Shown here: positions 1 through 8,764 of the stretch, one piece after another | Position numbering within the stretch: position 1 is the first letter of the stretch | Layout of the letters: each line of letters opens with the position of its first letter | Source of the DNA: Ruminococcus sp. | Lineage (GTDB): Bacteria > Bacillota > Clostridia > Oscillospirales > Acutalibacteraceae | Direction: 5' to 3' | Assembly: GCA_022768065.1 (NCBI GenBank) | Contig: JALELS010000026.1 | Coordinates: forward strand, 8,961 to 72,960 | Length of the DNA stretch: 64,000 bases | Position numbers and translations under genes: made by a program | The notes under the pieces: model-generated | The model's database searches: none | What the model was told of the DNA's origin: nothing | What the model saw: only the letters and a program-made list of their open reading frames with translations

Positions 1-913
1 TATAGCTGTGACCGTTGACTACGGCAAGCGAATTGTTGTCATAGTTTTCCTGGCTGACAAAGCCGCCGGGATTTTGGCAGAATGTACGCACCTTATTTGT
101 AAACGGTTCGGGATAACCTATAAGCTTTGACTCATACAGAGCCTCGTTTACGTCCTCCATTACCTCGTTTCTGACCTCGACCCTTACGCCGATGTCAACA
201 GTACCGGGAAGATGCTCGATATTATGCTTCTTGCACATATCCTCAAGCCAATCGGCGCCCTTTCTGCCCGTGGCTATAACCACGTTGTCTGCCGAAACGG
301 TAAATTTTTCGCTCTCCGGCTTGCCGCACGGAAGAAATACCGCACCTTTTGCCCTGCCGTCCTCAACAATCAAATCCACACATTCGGTTTTGAAGACTAT
401 TTCAACGCCGTTATCAGTAAGATATTTTTCGATTTTACCGTAAAGCTCCTGAGCCATTTCGGTGCCGAGATGACGTATGGGGCAATCCACGAGTTTTAAC
501 CCCGCTTGTATGGCACGAAGTCTTATTGCCTTTACTTTTTCGTCGTGACCGACGCCCTCAACCTTTTTATCCGCTCCGAACGAGAGATAGATTTTGTCGG
601 TGTATTCTATCATCTGCTGAGCAAATTCATGACCTATAAGGTCCGGAAGATTTCCTCCGACTTCACAGCTGAGCGAAAGCTTTCCGTCGGAAAACGCGCC
701 CGCACCCGAAAAACCCGTAGTAATATTGCAGTCCGGCTTGCAGTTTACGCATTTGCCGGTCTTTGCCTTGGGGCAATGTCTTTTTTCTACCGGGAGACCT
801 TTTTCAACGATCATTATTTTTTTCTTTGAACCGTTTTTCAGCATCTCAAGAGCGGTAAAAATACCCGAGGGACCTGCGCCGATGATCAATACATCCTTTT
901 TCAAAATACTCAT
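1..913 (-). CDS. FAD-dependent oxidoreductase, COG2509-like (N-terminal 304 codons; C-terminus lies beyond window start)
   Basis: Missing from the ORF track because it runs off the window edge. My reverse-strand translation from ATG 913-911 (or in-frame TTG 904-902) reads MSILKKDVLIIGAGPSGIFTALEM (GxGxxG Rossmann), then CPKAKTGKCVNCKPDCNITTGFSGAGAFSDGKLSL, then VVNGHSY. The frame is open to nt 1. The plus-strand track ORFs at 192-1016 are short antisense fragments. Confidence 0.8.
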   Translation of the reverse strand, partial: MSILKKDVLIIGAGPSGIFTALEMLKNGSKKKIMIVEKGLPVEKRHCPKAKTGKCVNCKPDCNITTGFSGAGAFSDGKLSLSCEVGGNLPDLIGHEFAQQMIEYTDKIYLSFGADKKVEGVGHDEKVKAIRLRAIQAGLKLVDCPIRHLGTEMAQELYGKIEKYLTDNGVEIVFKTECVDLIVEDGRAKGAVFLPCGKPESEKFTVSADNVVIATGRKGADWLEDMCKKHNIEHLPGTVDIGVRVEVRNEVMEDVNEALYESKLIGYPEPFTNKVRTFCQNPGGFVSQENYDNNSLAVVNGHSY

Positions 914-923
914 TCCTTTGCAT

Positions 924-967
924 AAAAAAACCGTAAATACCGGCTTACGTTTTCCGGCTATTTACGG
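924..967 (-). terminator. Terminator-like hairpin in the leader of the oxidoreductase gene (possible attenuator)
   Basis: Minus strand reads CCGTAAATAGCCGG-AAAACGTAAG-CCGGTATTTACGG followed by TTTTTTT. The hairpin lies between a consensus-like promoter (994-1022) and the start codon (913/904). Confidence 0.45.
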
Positions 968-993
968 TAATCAGTTATTACTAATTACATATT

Positions 994-1022
994 ATATTAG
1001 CACGGCTCGGCCGTAATGTCAA
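994..1022 (-). promoter_or_regulatory. Sigma-70-like promoter for the oxidoreductase gene
   Basis: Minus strand reads TTGACA (1022-1017), a 17-nt spacer, then TAATAT (999-994). Confidence 0.5.
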
Positions 1023-1028
1023 GCGGAC

Positions 1029-1066
1029 AAAAAAAGCGCCGCGCAAAGCTGAGCGTTGTGCGGCGC
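1029..1066 (-). terminator. Rho-independent terminator of the glutamate synthase operon
   Basis: Minus strand reads GCGCCGC-loop-GCGGCGC followed by TTTTTTT, about 25 nt after the stop of the 1092-1838 ORF. Confidence 0.6.
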
Positions 1067-1091
1067 AGATATGAAATTTGCATAGGTTTTA

Positions 1092-1838
1092 TCAGTTGGG
1101 TGTGTAGAGATTTGCATACGGGCGCGAAGTGGTTGGAACAAGCTTTGTGAACGGCACGGACATAATTTCGTCAAAACTTCTGCCGAATTTTTCACAGTAA
1201 GCGCGCACATGTCTTTGAAGATCCTCCGTGTCGCGGCTGTCAAGCTCTTTTACGGCGGTTATATGCTCCGAGATGTTTTCCTGCGGCACTTCTCCGCGTA
1301 TAAATATTCTGCCGCCGTGCATACCCGTGGCGCAGTGCGCGCCGACAACAGGCAGCTTGTCGGTATTGTCAAGCCCGAGAACTATGAGTATTCCGCCTGC
1401 CATATATTCGCCGAGGAATGCGCCTGCGACGCCTCCTATAACAACTACGGGCAAAAGCTCGTGAAACTCCTTCATATGAATTCCCGCTCTTGAGCCCGCG
1501 CGTTTTTCGACAAAAATCTCACCGTCGCGCATAGCGTAACCGAGAGTATCACCGACATGACCGTGTATTGTAACGGAGCCGCCGCCCATGGTGTTGCCGA
1601 CAGCCTCCTGGCCGTTCCCGTACACCTCGATATTGCCGCCGTTTAAATAAGCGCCCATATCGTTGCCGGGTGTTCCGTGTATTTCTATGGTCTTGCCCTT
1701 ATCGAGTGCGGCACCTATATACCGCTGACCGTTTACGTCTTCAACGCGTATCATATCTTCACTCAAAAGCATTCCGCGTATTTCATTATTTAATTCCTGA
1801 AAGCTGCGTTTTCCGGCTGTTATTATCATTTCAGGCAC
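1092..1838 (-). CDS. Glutamate synthase large-subunit domain 3 protein (GXGXG beta-helix domain), stand-alone
   Basis: The 248-aa translation has repeated G-x-G-x-G turns (HGTPGNDMGAYLNGGNIEVYGNGQEAVGNTMGGGSVTIHGHVGD) typical of the GltB C-terminal domain. It is the last gene of a 3-gene split GltB set. Confidence 0.88.
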   Translation of the reverse strand: MPEMIITAGKRSFQELNNEIRGMLLSEDMIRVEDVNGQRYIGAALDKGKTIEIHGTPGNDMGAYLNGGNIEVYGNGQEAVGNTMGGGSVTIHGHVGDTLGYAMRDGEIFVEKRAGSRAGIHMKEFHELLPVVVIGGVAGAFLGEYMAGGILIVLGLDNTDKLPVVGAHCATGMHGGRIFIRGEVPQENISEHITAVKELDSRDTEDLQRHVRAYCEKFGRSFDEIMSVPFTKLVPTTSRPYANLYTPN

Positions 1839-1861
1839 CTCCGGTTAAATTTCTCAATCAC

Positions 1862-3361
1862 TTATTCGCCTGCGTGACGAATTCCGAGTATTTCAAGTTC
1901 TTTGTCGCTGAGGCCGATACCGCGCAGCATAAGCCTGTTGCCCCTTAAAGAATCTATCGAGTTAAGCCCCATTCCGCCGAGCATTTCTTTTATCTCGTGG
2001 TTCCACGCGTTTACGAGATTTACCACGCGCGGAGTCATTTCGTCGGGGTCAAGCCTTTTTGTAAGTTCGGGACGCTGAGTTGCAATACCCCAGTTGCACT
2101 TGCCCGTGTGGCATTGCTGGCACATATGGCAACCCATGGCAATCAGCGGTGCTGTTGCAACATATACGGCGTCGGCTCCGAGGGCAATGGCCTTGACAAC
2201 GTCCGCCGAATTTCTGAAAGAACCCGATACAACAAGCGAAACCGAATTTCTTATGCTCTCGTCCCTGAGCCTTTGGTCTACCGCCGCCAGAGCAAGCTCA
2301 ATGGGTATACCCACATTATCCCTTATCCTTGTGGGAGCCGCTCCCGTACCTCCGCGGAAGCCGTCCATAACTATTATGTCGGCGCCTGCACGCGCAACGC
2401 CCGAAACTATCGCCGAGCAATTGTGTACGGCGGCTATTTTTACCGCGACGGGCTTTTTATACTGAGTAGCCTCTTTTAAAGACCAGATAAGCTGCCGCAA
2501 ATCCTCTATCGAATATATATCGTGGTGCGGAGCCGGAGAAATGGCGTCCGAACCGGGCGGTATCATACGCGCATTGCTTACCTCCACGGTAACCTTTTCG
2601 CCCGGAAGATGTCCGCCGATACCCGGCTTTGCGCCCTGACCTATCTTTATTTCGATAAACCGACAGTTATTTAAATACTGTTTGTGTACGCCGAATCTGC
2701 CCGACGCAACCTGCACTGCGGCGTAGTCGGTAAAATCGGCGAGCCCCGGGTGAAGTCCGCCCTCACCGGTATTGAAAATCGTTCCGAGCTCTTTTGCCGC
2801 CATGGCAAGTGTTTTTTGAGCGTTGAACGAAATCGAGCCGAAAGACATTGCCGAAAACATAATCGGCGTTTCGAGCTTTACCTGCGGCGGCATAACGGTT
2901 TTGAGTCTGCCGTCATCGGTAAACTCTATCTTATCGGGCTTTCTGCCGAGAAAGGTTCTTATCTCCATGGGCTCTCGTAACGGGTCTATGGAGGGGTTTG
3001 TTACCTGACTCGCATTTAAAAGCATTTTGTCCCAATAAATCGGGTACGGTTTGTTGTTTGACATACCCGAAAGCAAAACGCCGCCCGTAGTCGCCTGCTT
3101 TATAATTTCTTTCTGTGCCGTCGGAGTCCAGTTAGCGTGGTCGCGGTACGCCATATCGTATTTTACGATTTTTATTGCGTGCGTGGGGCAAATCACGGCA
3201 CAGCGGTGGCAAGCCACGCACTTTCTCTCGTCGGCCAAAACGGCTTTTTTATCTTTTGAGAAGAAGTGAACCTTGTACGAGCACTCTTTAACGCACGCGC
3301 CGCACAGTATGCAGCGGTCACGGTTTCTCTCTATATCAAATTCGGGAACGGTAAAATCCAT
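1862..3361 (-). CDS. Glutamate synthase FMN-binding (domain 2) subunit with N-terminal 2x[4Fe-4S] ferredoxin domain
   Basis: 499 aa. The N-terminus has CILCGACVKEC...CVACHRCAVICP. The core has the GltB FMN/Fe-S domain hallmarks (GEGG, IKIGQGAKPGIGGHLPG, ISPAPHHDIYSIEDL, DGFRGGTGAAP). Its start overlaps the upstream stop by 1 nt (TAATG). Confidence 0.9.
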   Translation of the reverse strand: MDFTVPEFDIERNRDRCILCGACVKECSYKVHFFSKDKKAVLADERKCVACHRCAVICPTHAIKIVKYDMAYRDHANWTPTAQKEIIKQATTGGVLLSGMSNNKPYPIYWDKMLLNASQVTNPSIDPLREPMEIRTFLGRKPDKIEFTDDGRLKTVMPPQVKLETPIMFSAMSFGSISFNAQKTLAMAAKELGTIFNTGEGGLHPGLADFTDYAAVQVASGRFGVHKQYLNNCRFIEIKIGQGAKPGIGGHLPGEKVTVEVSNARMIPPGSDAISPAPHHDIYSIEDLRQLIWSLKEATQYKKPVAVKIAAVHNCSAIVSGVARAGADIIVMDGFRGGTGAAPTRIRDNVGIPIELALAAVDQRLRDESIRNSVSLVVSGSFRNSADVVKAIALGADAVYVATAPLIAMGCHMCQQCHTGKCNWGIATQRPELTKRLDPDEMTPRVVNLVNAWNHEIKEMLGGMGLNSIDSLRGNRLMLRGIGLSDKELEILGIRHAGE

Positions 3362-4458
3362 TATCGGTCGCCCTCCCTTGCAAACGGAATAAATATCGGA
3401 GTGCCGCCGTCAACCGCGGCTATTTTTTCGGGGTCGGGGCAAATTATACGTATAGCCGATTCCTCGGACGCAAAATATGTTTTGTTACCCTTTTCCGCGG
3501 TGATAAGCGAGCGCAGCTTAAGCCTGTCGTTAAGTGCGAGCAAGCCGTGCTTTGAGCCTACCAGTATCGAGAACGGTCCGTTTATCAGCGCACTTGAATA
3601 TGCCGCTCTGAGAACCGTATATACCTTTCGTTTTTCCTCGGGCATACGGTCTATAACGTCCCATTCGGGCGCCGCCAATATCTGCGCTGCCGTATCGAGC
3701 CTTAAGCCCTGACGCCTTACAAGCAAATCAAAAAGATAGGTTATGACCTCGGTATCCGTCTGCAAATTGCAACGGTAGCCGAATTGCTCAACGTAACGAC
3801 GGTTTGCGTCATAACTCGAAATCTCGCCGTTATGCACTATCGACCAATCTAGCAGCGTAAACGGGTGCGCGCCGCCCCACCAGCCCGGTGTGTTTGTGGG
3901 AAATCTGCCGTGGGCGGTCCAGGTATGCGCCTTGTAATTTTCAAGCATATAGTATTCGCCGACGTCCTCGGGGTAGCCGACGGCTTTAAAAGCGCCCATA
4001 TTTTTTCCGCTTGAAAAGACAAACGCGCCTTCAATTTCGTTGTTTATTCTTATAACACAGCGAGCCGTGTACTCATCCTCGTCAAAGTCGTTCTTTTTTA
4101 TTTTGCTTGCCGGGACGGCTCCGAAATAGCGCCAGATAAGCGGCGCATGACTTATGGACTTCACCTTGCGCGTGGGTATCTGCTCAAAATTTTCTATATC
4201 GAAGTGGCGGAAAAGGAACTCCTCTGTTTTAATTCGCGCGTCATTGTCGTCATAGAAAATATGGAAAGCAAACAGATCCTCATAGTCGGGATAAATCCCG
4301 TAAGCCGCAAATCCGCCGCCGAGACCGTTTGAGCGGTCGTGCATAAGCGCAATGCAGTCTATTATATCCGTGCCGTCAAAGCGTTCGCCCGTTCTGTCGG
4401 TTATCGCCGCAATGGCGCAGCCGGACGGTATGCGTACTTCGCCTTCTTTTTTGAGCAT
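3361..4458 (-). CDS. Class II (Ntn-type) glutamine amidotransferase subunit of split glutamate synthase (domain 1)
   Basis: The translation contains GATase_2-like motifs (SGCAIAAI near the N-terminus, HGRFPTNTPGWWGGAHPF, SIVHNGEISSY). I prefer the ATG at 4458 (GGAG 8 nt upstream) over the track's TTG at 4494. Confidence 0.82.
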   Translation of the reverse strand: MLKKEGEVRIPSGCAIAAITDRTGERFDGTDIIDCIALMHDRSNGLGGGFAAYGIYPDYEDLFAFHIFYDDNDARIKTEEFLFRHFDIENFEQIPTRKVKSISHAPLIWRYFGAVPASKIKKNDFDEDEYTARCVIRINNEIEGAFVFSSGKNMGAFKAVGYPEDVGEYYMLENYKAHTWTAHGRFPTNTPGWWGGAHPFTLLDWSIVHNGEISSYDANRRYVEQFGYRCNLQTDTEVITYLFDLLVRRQGLRLDTAAQILAAPEWDVIDRMPEEKRKVYTVLRAAYSSALINGPFSILVGSKHGLLALNDRLKLRSLITAEKGNKTYFASEESAIRIICPDPEKIAAVDGGTPIFIPFAREGDR

Positions 4459-4490
4459 AAAAACATCTCCGGTTTGATTTATTGCAATTC

Positions 4491-4531
4491 GCAAAAAATG
4501 AAAGTTATACGATTAAGACTTTCACTTTTGC
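4491..4531 (-). promoter_or_regulatory. Long leader hairpin / possible attenuator upstream of the glutamate synthase operon
   Basis: Minus strand reads GCAAAAGTGAAAGT-CTTAATCGTATA-ACTTTCATTTTTTGC, a 14-bp stem with one bulge and a U-rich 3' side. It ends about 30 nt before the SD/ATG at 4458. Confidence 0.35.
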
Positions 4532-4863
4532 GCAAATATGAAAAATATTTTATATCGGATTTTGACTTTTTTCAAGTGAATTTGCCCTTATTTTTCAACA
4601 TTCGCGCAGAAAAAGCAGATTGTAATAACACTCTTTTTGATTTTTGCGATTTTTATATATTTTGACTAAATATTTTTTATAAAATTCATTTTCGGGATTT
4701 TAAAGTGAATTTTGGTTCACCAAAAACCCGCAAGTGCCGACAAAAAACGCCGAAAAATATTATGTAATTGTTAAATTTTGCCGTATTCTTTGATTTTTTT
4801 ACCGTAATGTGATTTAATATTTAATTATATAAAACTTTAAAATCTCTTACGGGAGGTATTTTT

Positions 4864-5706
4864 ATGATAGGAATAGTCGATGTCGGCGGAGGTATGCGCG
4901 GCGTTTTCGGATGCGGCGTTACCGACTTTCTCATGGACAAGGGCATAGTTTTCGACTACTGTCTGGGCGTGTCCGCCGGCAGTGCCAATCTCGCCTCTTA
5001 TGTATCGGGTCAGCGCGGCAGAAATTACAGATATTACACCAAATATTCGCTGCGCCCCGAATATATGAGCGCATTTAATTTCGCTACAAAGCACTCGTTT
5101 TTTGACCTTGACTATGTTTACTCCGTACTGTCTAATTCCGACGGAGAAGACCCCATGGATTTTTCGCATTTTACGGCGTCAAAACAAATCTTTAAGGCTG
5201 TTGCCACAAGCGGCGTTACGGGTGAAGCTCACTACTTCACGAAAGACGATTTTCACCGTGACGATTACGCGCCCTTAAAGGCGTCAAGCGCCATTCCCGG
5301 CGTTTTCAAGCCCGTAAACATAGGCGGTATAGATTATTTTGACGGCGGAGTTTCGGACCCGATACCCGTGGAAAAGGCGCTTTCGGACGGCTGCGACCAC
5401 GTTGCTCTTGTGCTTACAAAGCCCATAGACTTTGTAAAGAAGCCCGAAATGTTCAAAACCGCCTACACCAAGGTTTTGAAAAATTATCCTGCCGTGGTCG
5501 AAAAACTCAACATACGCCACAACACATACAACAACGGCATAAAAAAAGCCCTAGAGCTGTCGCAAAAGGGCCTTGTTTCGATAATAGCACCGGACGACGG
5601 CTATTCCGTCACCGCATTCACACGAAACGTCCGCGAATTAAACCACCTTTACAACGAGGGCTATATGAAGGCGGGCGAAATTCTCGGAAAAGACGGGTAC
5701 CTATAA
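4864..5706 (+). CDS. Patatin-like phospholipase family protein
   Basis: 280 aa with an oxyanion GGGMRG motif, a GVSAG (GxSxG) nucleophile elbow and a downstream DGG motif. SD GGGAGG lies 7 nt upstream. Confidence 0.85.
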   Translation: MIGIVDVGGGMRGVFGCGVTDFLMDKGIVFDYCLGVSAGSANLASYVSGQRGRNYRYYTKYSLRPEYMSAFNFATKHSFFDLDYVYSVLSNSDGEDPMDFSHFTASKQIFKAVATSGVTGEAHYFTKDDFHRDDYAPLKASSAIPGVFKPVNIGGIDYFDGGVSDPIPVEKALSDGCDHVALVLTKPIDFVKKPEMFKTAYTKVLKNYPAVVEKLNIRHNTYNNGIKKALELSQKGLVSIIAPDDGYSVTAFTRNVRELNHLYNEGYMKAGEILGKDGYL

Positions 5707-5835
5707 AATTTTGTCTATATCGCTGAAATATTATTAGTTGCTTTGTTACTGTTGAAATTTGCTTAATATTAGTATAATATATACAAACGGAGATTAAAAA
5801 AACGTATTTTTTCTCATTTTATTTGGAGGATTTGT

Positions 5836-8424
5836 ATGAATTATTCACTTTCTAAGAAGAAAGCAAAAGAGCTCGTTGAGGCAAAGCTTTCTCATTTTAT
5901 GGGCGTATCGCCCGAAGAAGCTACCGACGAGCAATATTATAAGGCTATTGCTCTTATCGTCCGCGATATGATGAGCCAGGGCAGAGCGGAATTTTCGGAA
6001 AAGGCCGCAAAGGCAGGAACGAAAAAGGTCTATTATCTCTGCATGGAATTCCTCATGGGACGTTCTCTCAAAAATAACCTTTACAATCTTAACCTCACGG
6101 ACGTTTTTGCGAGCGTTCTCGCCGACTACGGCGTTAAGCTTGAAAACCTCTATGAGTGCGAGCCCGACGCAGGTCTCGGCAACGGCGGTCTCGGCAGACT
6201 TGCCGCCTGCTATCTTGACGCGCTCGCAACCGACGGATACCCCGCAAGAGGTTATTCCATACTTTACGAATGCGGAATTTTTAAGCAGAAGCTTGTTGAC
6301 GGCTGGCAGACCGAGCTTCCGGACTTCTGGCTTCCGGGCGGCGAAGTATGGCTTGTTCCCCACGAAGAGAGCGCGCTTGAAGTTCGCTTTGAGGGTAACG
6401 TAAACGAATCGTGGGACGGCGACTTCCACCGCGTAGACGTTGAGAACTACAAGCCCGTACAGGCGGTTCCGTATGATATGTATGTTTCGGGTAAAGACGG
6501 AAAGGGCATTTCCGTGCTTCGCCTTTGGGCGGCAAAGGCTCCGGCTCTTGATATGACGCTCTTTAATCAGGGCGACTATATGCGCGCTATGGAGCAAAAC
6601 GCCATGGCAGAGGTAATTTCAAAGGTTCTCTACCCTGCCGACAATCACCCCGAGGGCAAAAGCCTTCGTCTTCGCCAGCAGTATTTCCTTGTATCGGCGT
6701 CAATTCAGGATATAGTTCACAGACATCTGCGCGTATTCGGCACAATGGATAACTTCCCCGAAAAGGTTGCAATCCACATAAACGACACTCACCCGACGCT
6801 TGCAATACCCGAGCTTATGAGAATACTCCTCGACGAATGCGGCTACGGCTGGGACGATGCGTGGAAGATAGTTACAAAATCCGTAGCTTATACCAACCAC
6901 ACCGTTATGAAAGAGGCTCTCGAATGCTGGCCCGAGGATATTTACAGCCGCCTGCTTCCGAGAATTTATCAGATAACAAAAGAGATAGACAATCGTCTGC
7001 GCTCATTTGTATGGCAGGCAACAAACAATGCCGACCAGGTTGAGCGAATGGCTGTTGTTTCAAACGGCGTTATACGAATGGCTAACCTCTGCGTTGCCTC
7101 CTCGCACAGCGTAAACGGCGTTTCGGCGCTCCACAGCGAAATACTTAAAGAGACCGTATTCCACGATTTCTACACGCTCACGCCCGACAAATTCAAAAAC
7201 GTCACAAACGGCATTGCTCACAGACGTTGGCTTTGCCAGTCTAACCCCGAGCTCACCGCGCTTCTCACCGAGCTTATCGGCGGCGGCTTTGTATATGACG
7301 CAAACGAGCTTTTGAAGCTCCGCGAATTCAAAGACAACGATGAAGTTCTTGAAAAACTGCGTGAAATCAAGACCCACAACAAGGAGCGTTTTGCCGCACT
7401 CGTTAAGAAAAATACCGGCATAGAGCTTGACCCGACATCAATATTTGACGTACAGGTAAAGAGACTCCACGAATACAAGCGTCAGCATCTCAACGCGCTC
7501 AACATTCTTGCCGATTACCTTATGATTAAGGCAAATCCGAGCATTGAATACACTCCGCACACCTATATATTCGGCGCAAAGGCAGCCGCAGGCTACTATA
7601 TGGCGAAAAAGATAATCAGCTTTATATGCGCTCTCGGCGAAATGATCAATAACGACCCCGATGTAAAAGGCAGACTCAAGGTTGTTTACGTTGAGGATTA
7701 CAACGTAACAATGGCTGAAAAGCTTATGCCTGCCGCCGACATTTCGGAGCAAATCTCTCTTGCCGGCACAGAGGCAAGCGGCACGGGCAATATGAAGCTT
7801 ATGCTCAACGGTGCTGTCACCCTCGGCACGATGGACGGCGCAAACATTGAAATTCACGACGCCGTAGGCAGCGACAACATCTTTATTTTCGGTATGAAAA
7901 CACCGGAGGTTAACGAGCTTAAGCGTCGCGGCTACAACCCGATGAACTATTACAACAACAATCAGGAACTGCACAATGTTATTGACTTCATAGCGAAGAA
8001 CGATATAGCCGGCAAGCGTTTCCCCGAAATTGCCAACATCGTCAACAACGACCCGTATATGGTGCTTGCGGACTTTGCCGATTACAGACGTATGCAGCAG
8101 TATGCCGTTTCTGTTTGGGCGGATAAGAAAAAGTGGCAGCAGATGTCGCTTATGAACATCTCCGGTGCAGGCATCTTCTCGGCAGACAGGGCAATACACG
8201 AGTATGCCGAAAATATTTGGCACACCAAATCAGCCTTTAAAGGAGAAAAATACCCGGCGACCGAGCCCGTAAAGGCTAAAGAAGAAGCAGCCGAGCAGCC
8301 CTCGGAAAAAGCTTCCGAAAAAAAAGTTTCCGAAAAAAAAGCGGCAGAAAAAAAGCCGGCCGCAAAAACAGCTGCAAAAGCAGCCGCTCCCGCAGGCAAA
8401 AAGGCTAAGAAAAAGAAAAAATAA
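5836..8424 (+). CDS. glgP: Glycogen/maltodextrin phosphorylase with Lys/Ala-rich C-terminal tail
   Basis: 862 aa with GT35 hallmarks (LGNGGLGRLAAC, EASGTGNMKLMLNGA carrying the PLP lysine, RLHEYKRQ). SD GGAGG is upstream. The last ~60 aa are low-complexity K/A/E/P. Confidence 0.95.
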   Translation: MNYSLSKKKAKELVEAKLSHFMGVSPEEATDEQYYKAIALIVRDMMSQGRAEFSEKAAKAGTKKVYYLCMEFLMGRSLKNNLYNLNLTDVFASVLADYGVKLENLYECEPDAGLGNGGLGRLAACYLDALATDGYPARGYSILYECGIFKQKLVDGWQTELPDFWLPGGEVWLVPHEESALEVRFEGNVNESWDGDFHRVDVENYKPVQAVPYDMYVSGKDGKGISVLRLWAAKAPALDMTLFNQGDYMRAMEQNAMAEVISKVLYPADNHPEGKSLRLRQQYFLVSASIQDIVHRHLRVFGTMDNFPEKVAIHINDTHPTLAIPELMRILLDECGYGWDDAWKIVTKSVAYTNHTVMKEALECWPEDIYSRLLPRIYQITKEIDNRLRSFVWQATNNADQVERMAVVSNGVIRMANLCVASSHSVNGVSALHSEILKETVFHDFYTLTPDKFKNVTNGIAHRRWLCQSNPELTALLTELIGGGFVYDANELLKLREFKDNDEVLEKLREIKTHNKERFAALVKKNTGIELDPTSIFDVQVKRLHEYKRQHLNALNILADYLMIKANPSIEYTPHTYIFGAKAAAGYYMAKKIISFICALGEMINNDPDVKGRLKVVYVEDYNVTMAEKLMPAADISEQISLAGTEASGTGNMKLMLNGAVTLGTMDGANIEIHDAVGSDNIFIFGMKTPEVNELKRRGYNPMNYYNNNQELHNVIDFIAKNDIAGKRFPEIANIVNNDPYMVLADFADYRRMQQYAVSVWADKKKWQQMSLMNISGAGIFSADRAIHEYAENIWHTKSAFKGEKYPATEPVKAKEEAAEQPSEKASEKKVSEKKAAEKKPAAKTAAKAAAPAGKKAKKKKK

Positions 8425-8443
8425 AATTTCGGCGTTACAACGT

Positions 8444-8483
8444 AAAAGACGTCATCAAGCAGATGTTTGATGACGTCTTTTTA
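8444..8483. terminator. Bidirectional rho-independent terminator between convergent glgP and the TSCPD gene
   Basis: AAAAGACGTCATCAA-GCAGATGT-TTGATGACGTCTTTT, a perfect 15-bp stem flanked by an A-run and a T-run. Confidence 0.75.
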
Positions 8484-8509
8484 TTTATTATAATTTTTTC
8501 TGTTTCGGA

Positions 8510-8764
8510 TTATTTGCCCTCGTGAGCCTTGGCTTCTTTCAGAGCACAGACGAGCTGGTCGGGACAAGATGTGTTTTTAAATCCGCACTTGATTCCCGAA
8601 AAAGCCTTTTCGACCTCTTCCACGGTTTTACCGCGGACTATCGCCGAAATTCCCTGAAGATTTCCGTTGCATCCGCCGTAGAACTTAACGTCTTTAATAA
8701 TATCTCCGTCAAGCTCCACATCTATCTGCCTTGAGCAGGTTCCTTTAGTCTTATAGCTATACAT
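8510..8764 (-). CDS. TSCPD domain protein (TIGR03905-like, RNR-related small protein)
   Basis: 84 aa: MYSYKTKGTCSRQIDVELDGDIIKDVKFYGGCNGNLQGIS...TSCPDQL, which includes the eponymous TSCPD motif. Its start overlaps the rsmA stop (TGATG). Confidence 0.8.
   Translation of the reverse strand: MYSYKTKGTCSRQIDVELDGDIIKDVKFYGGCNGNLQGISAIVRGKTVEEVEKAFSGIKCGFKNTSCPDQLVCALKEAKAHEGK

Noticed and set aside
4339-4665. 108-aa plus-strand ORF in the glt/patatin divergent region
   Set aside because: Its first third is antisense to the amidotransferase gene and the rest is AT-rich promoter DNA. Phe-rich noise.
5845-8223. Long minus-strand ORFs (5845-6597, 7060-7478, 7438-8223) inside glgP
   Set aside because: They are antisense to a full-length, motif-complete glycogen phosphorylase, and the translations look like typical antisense noise.
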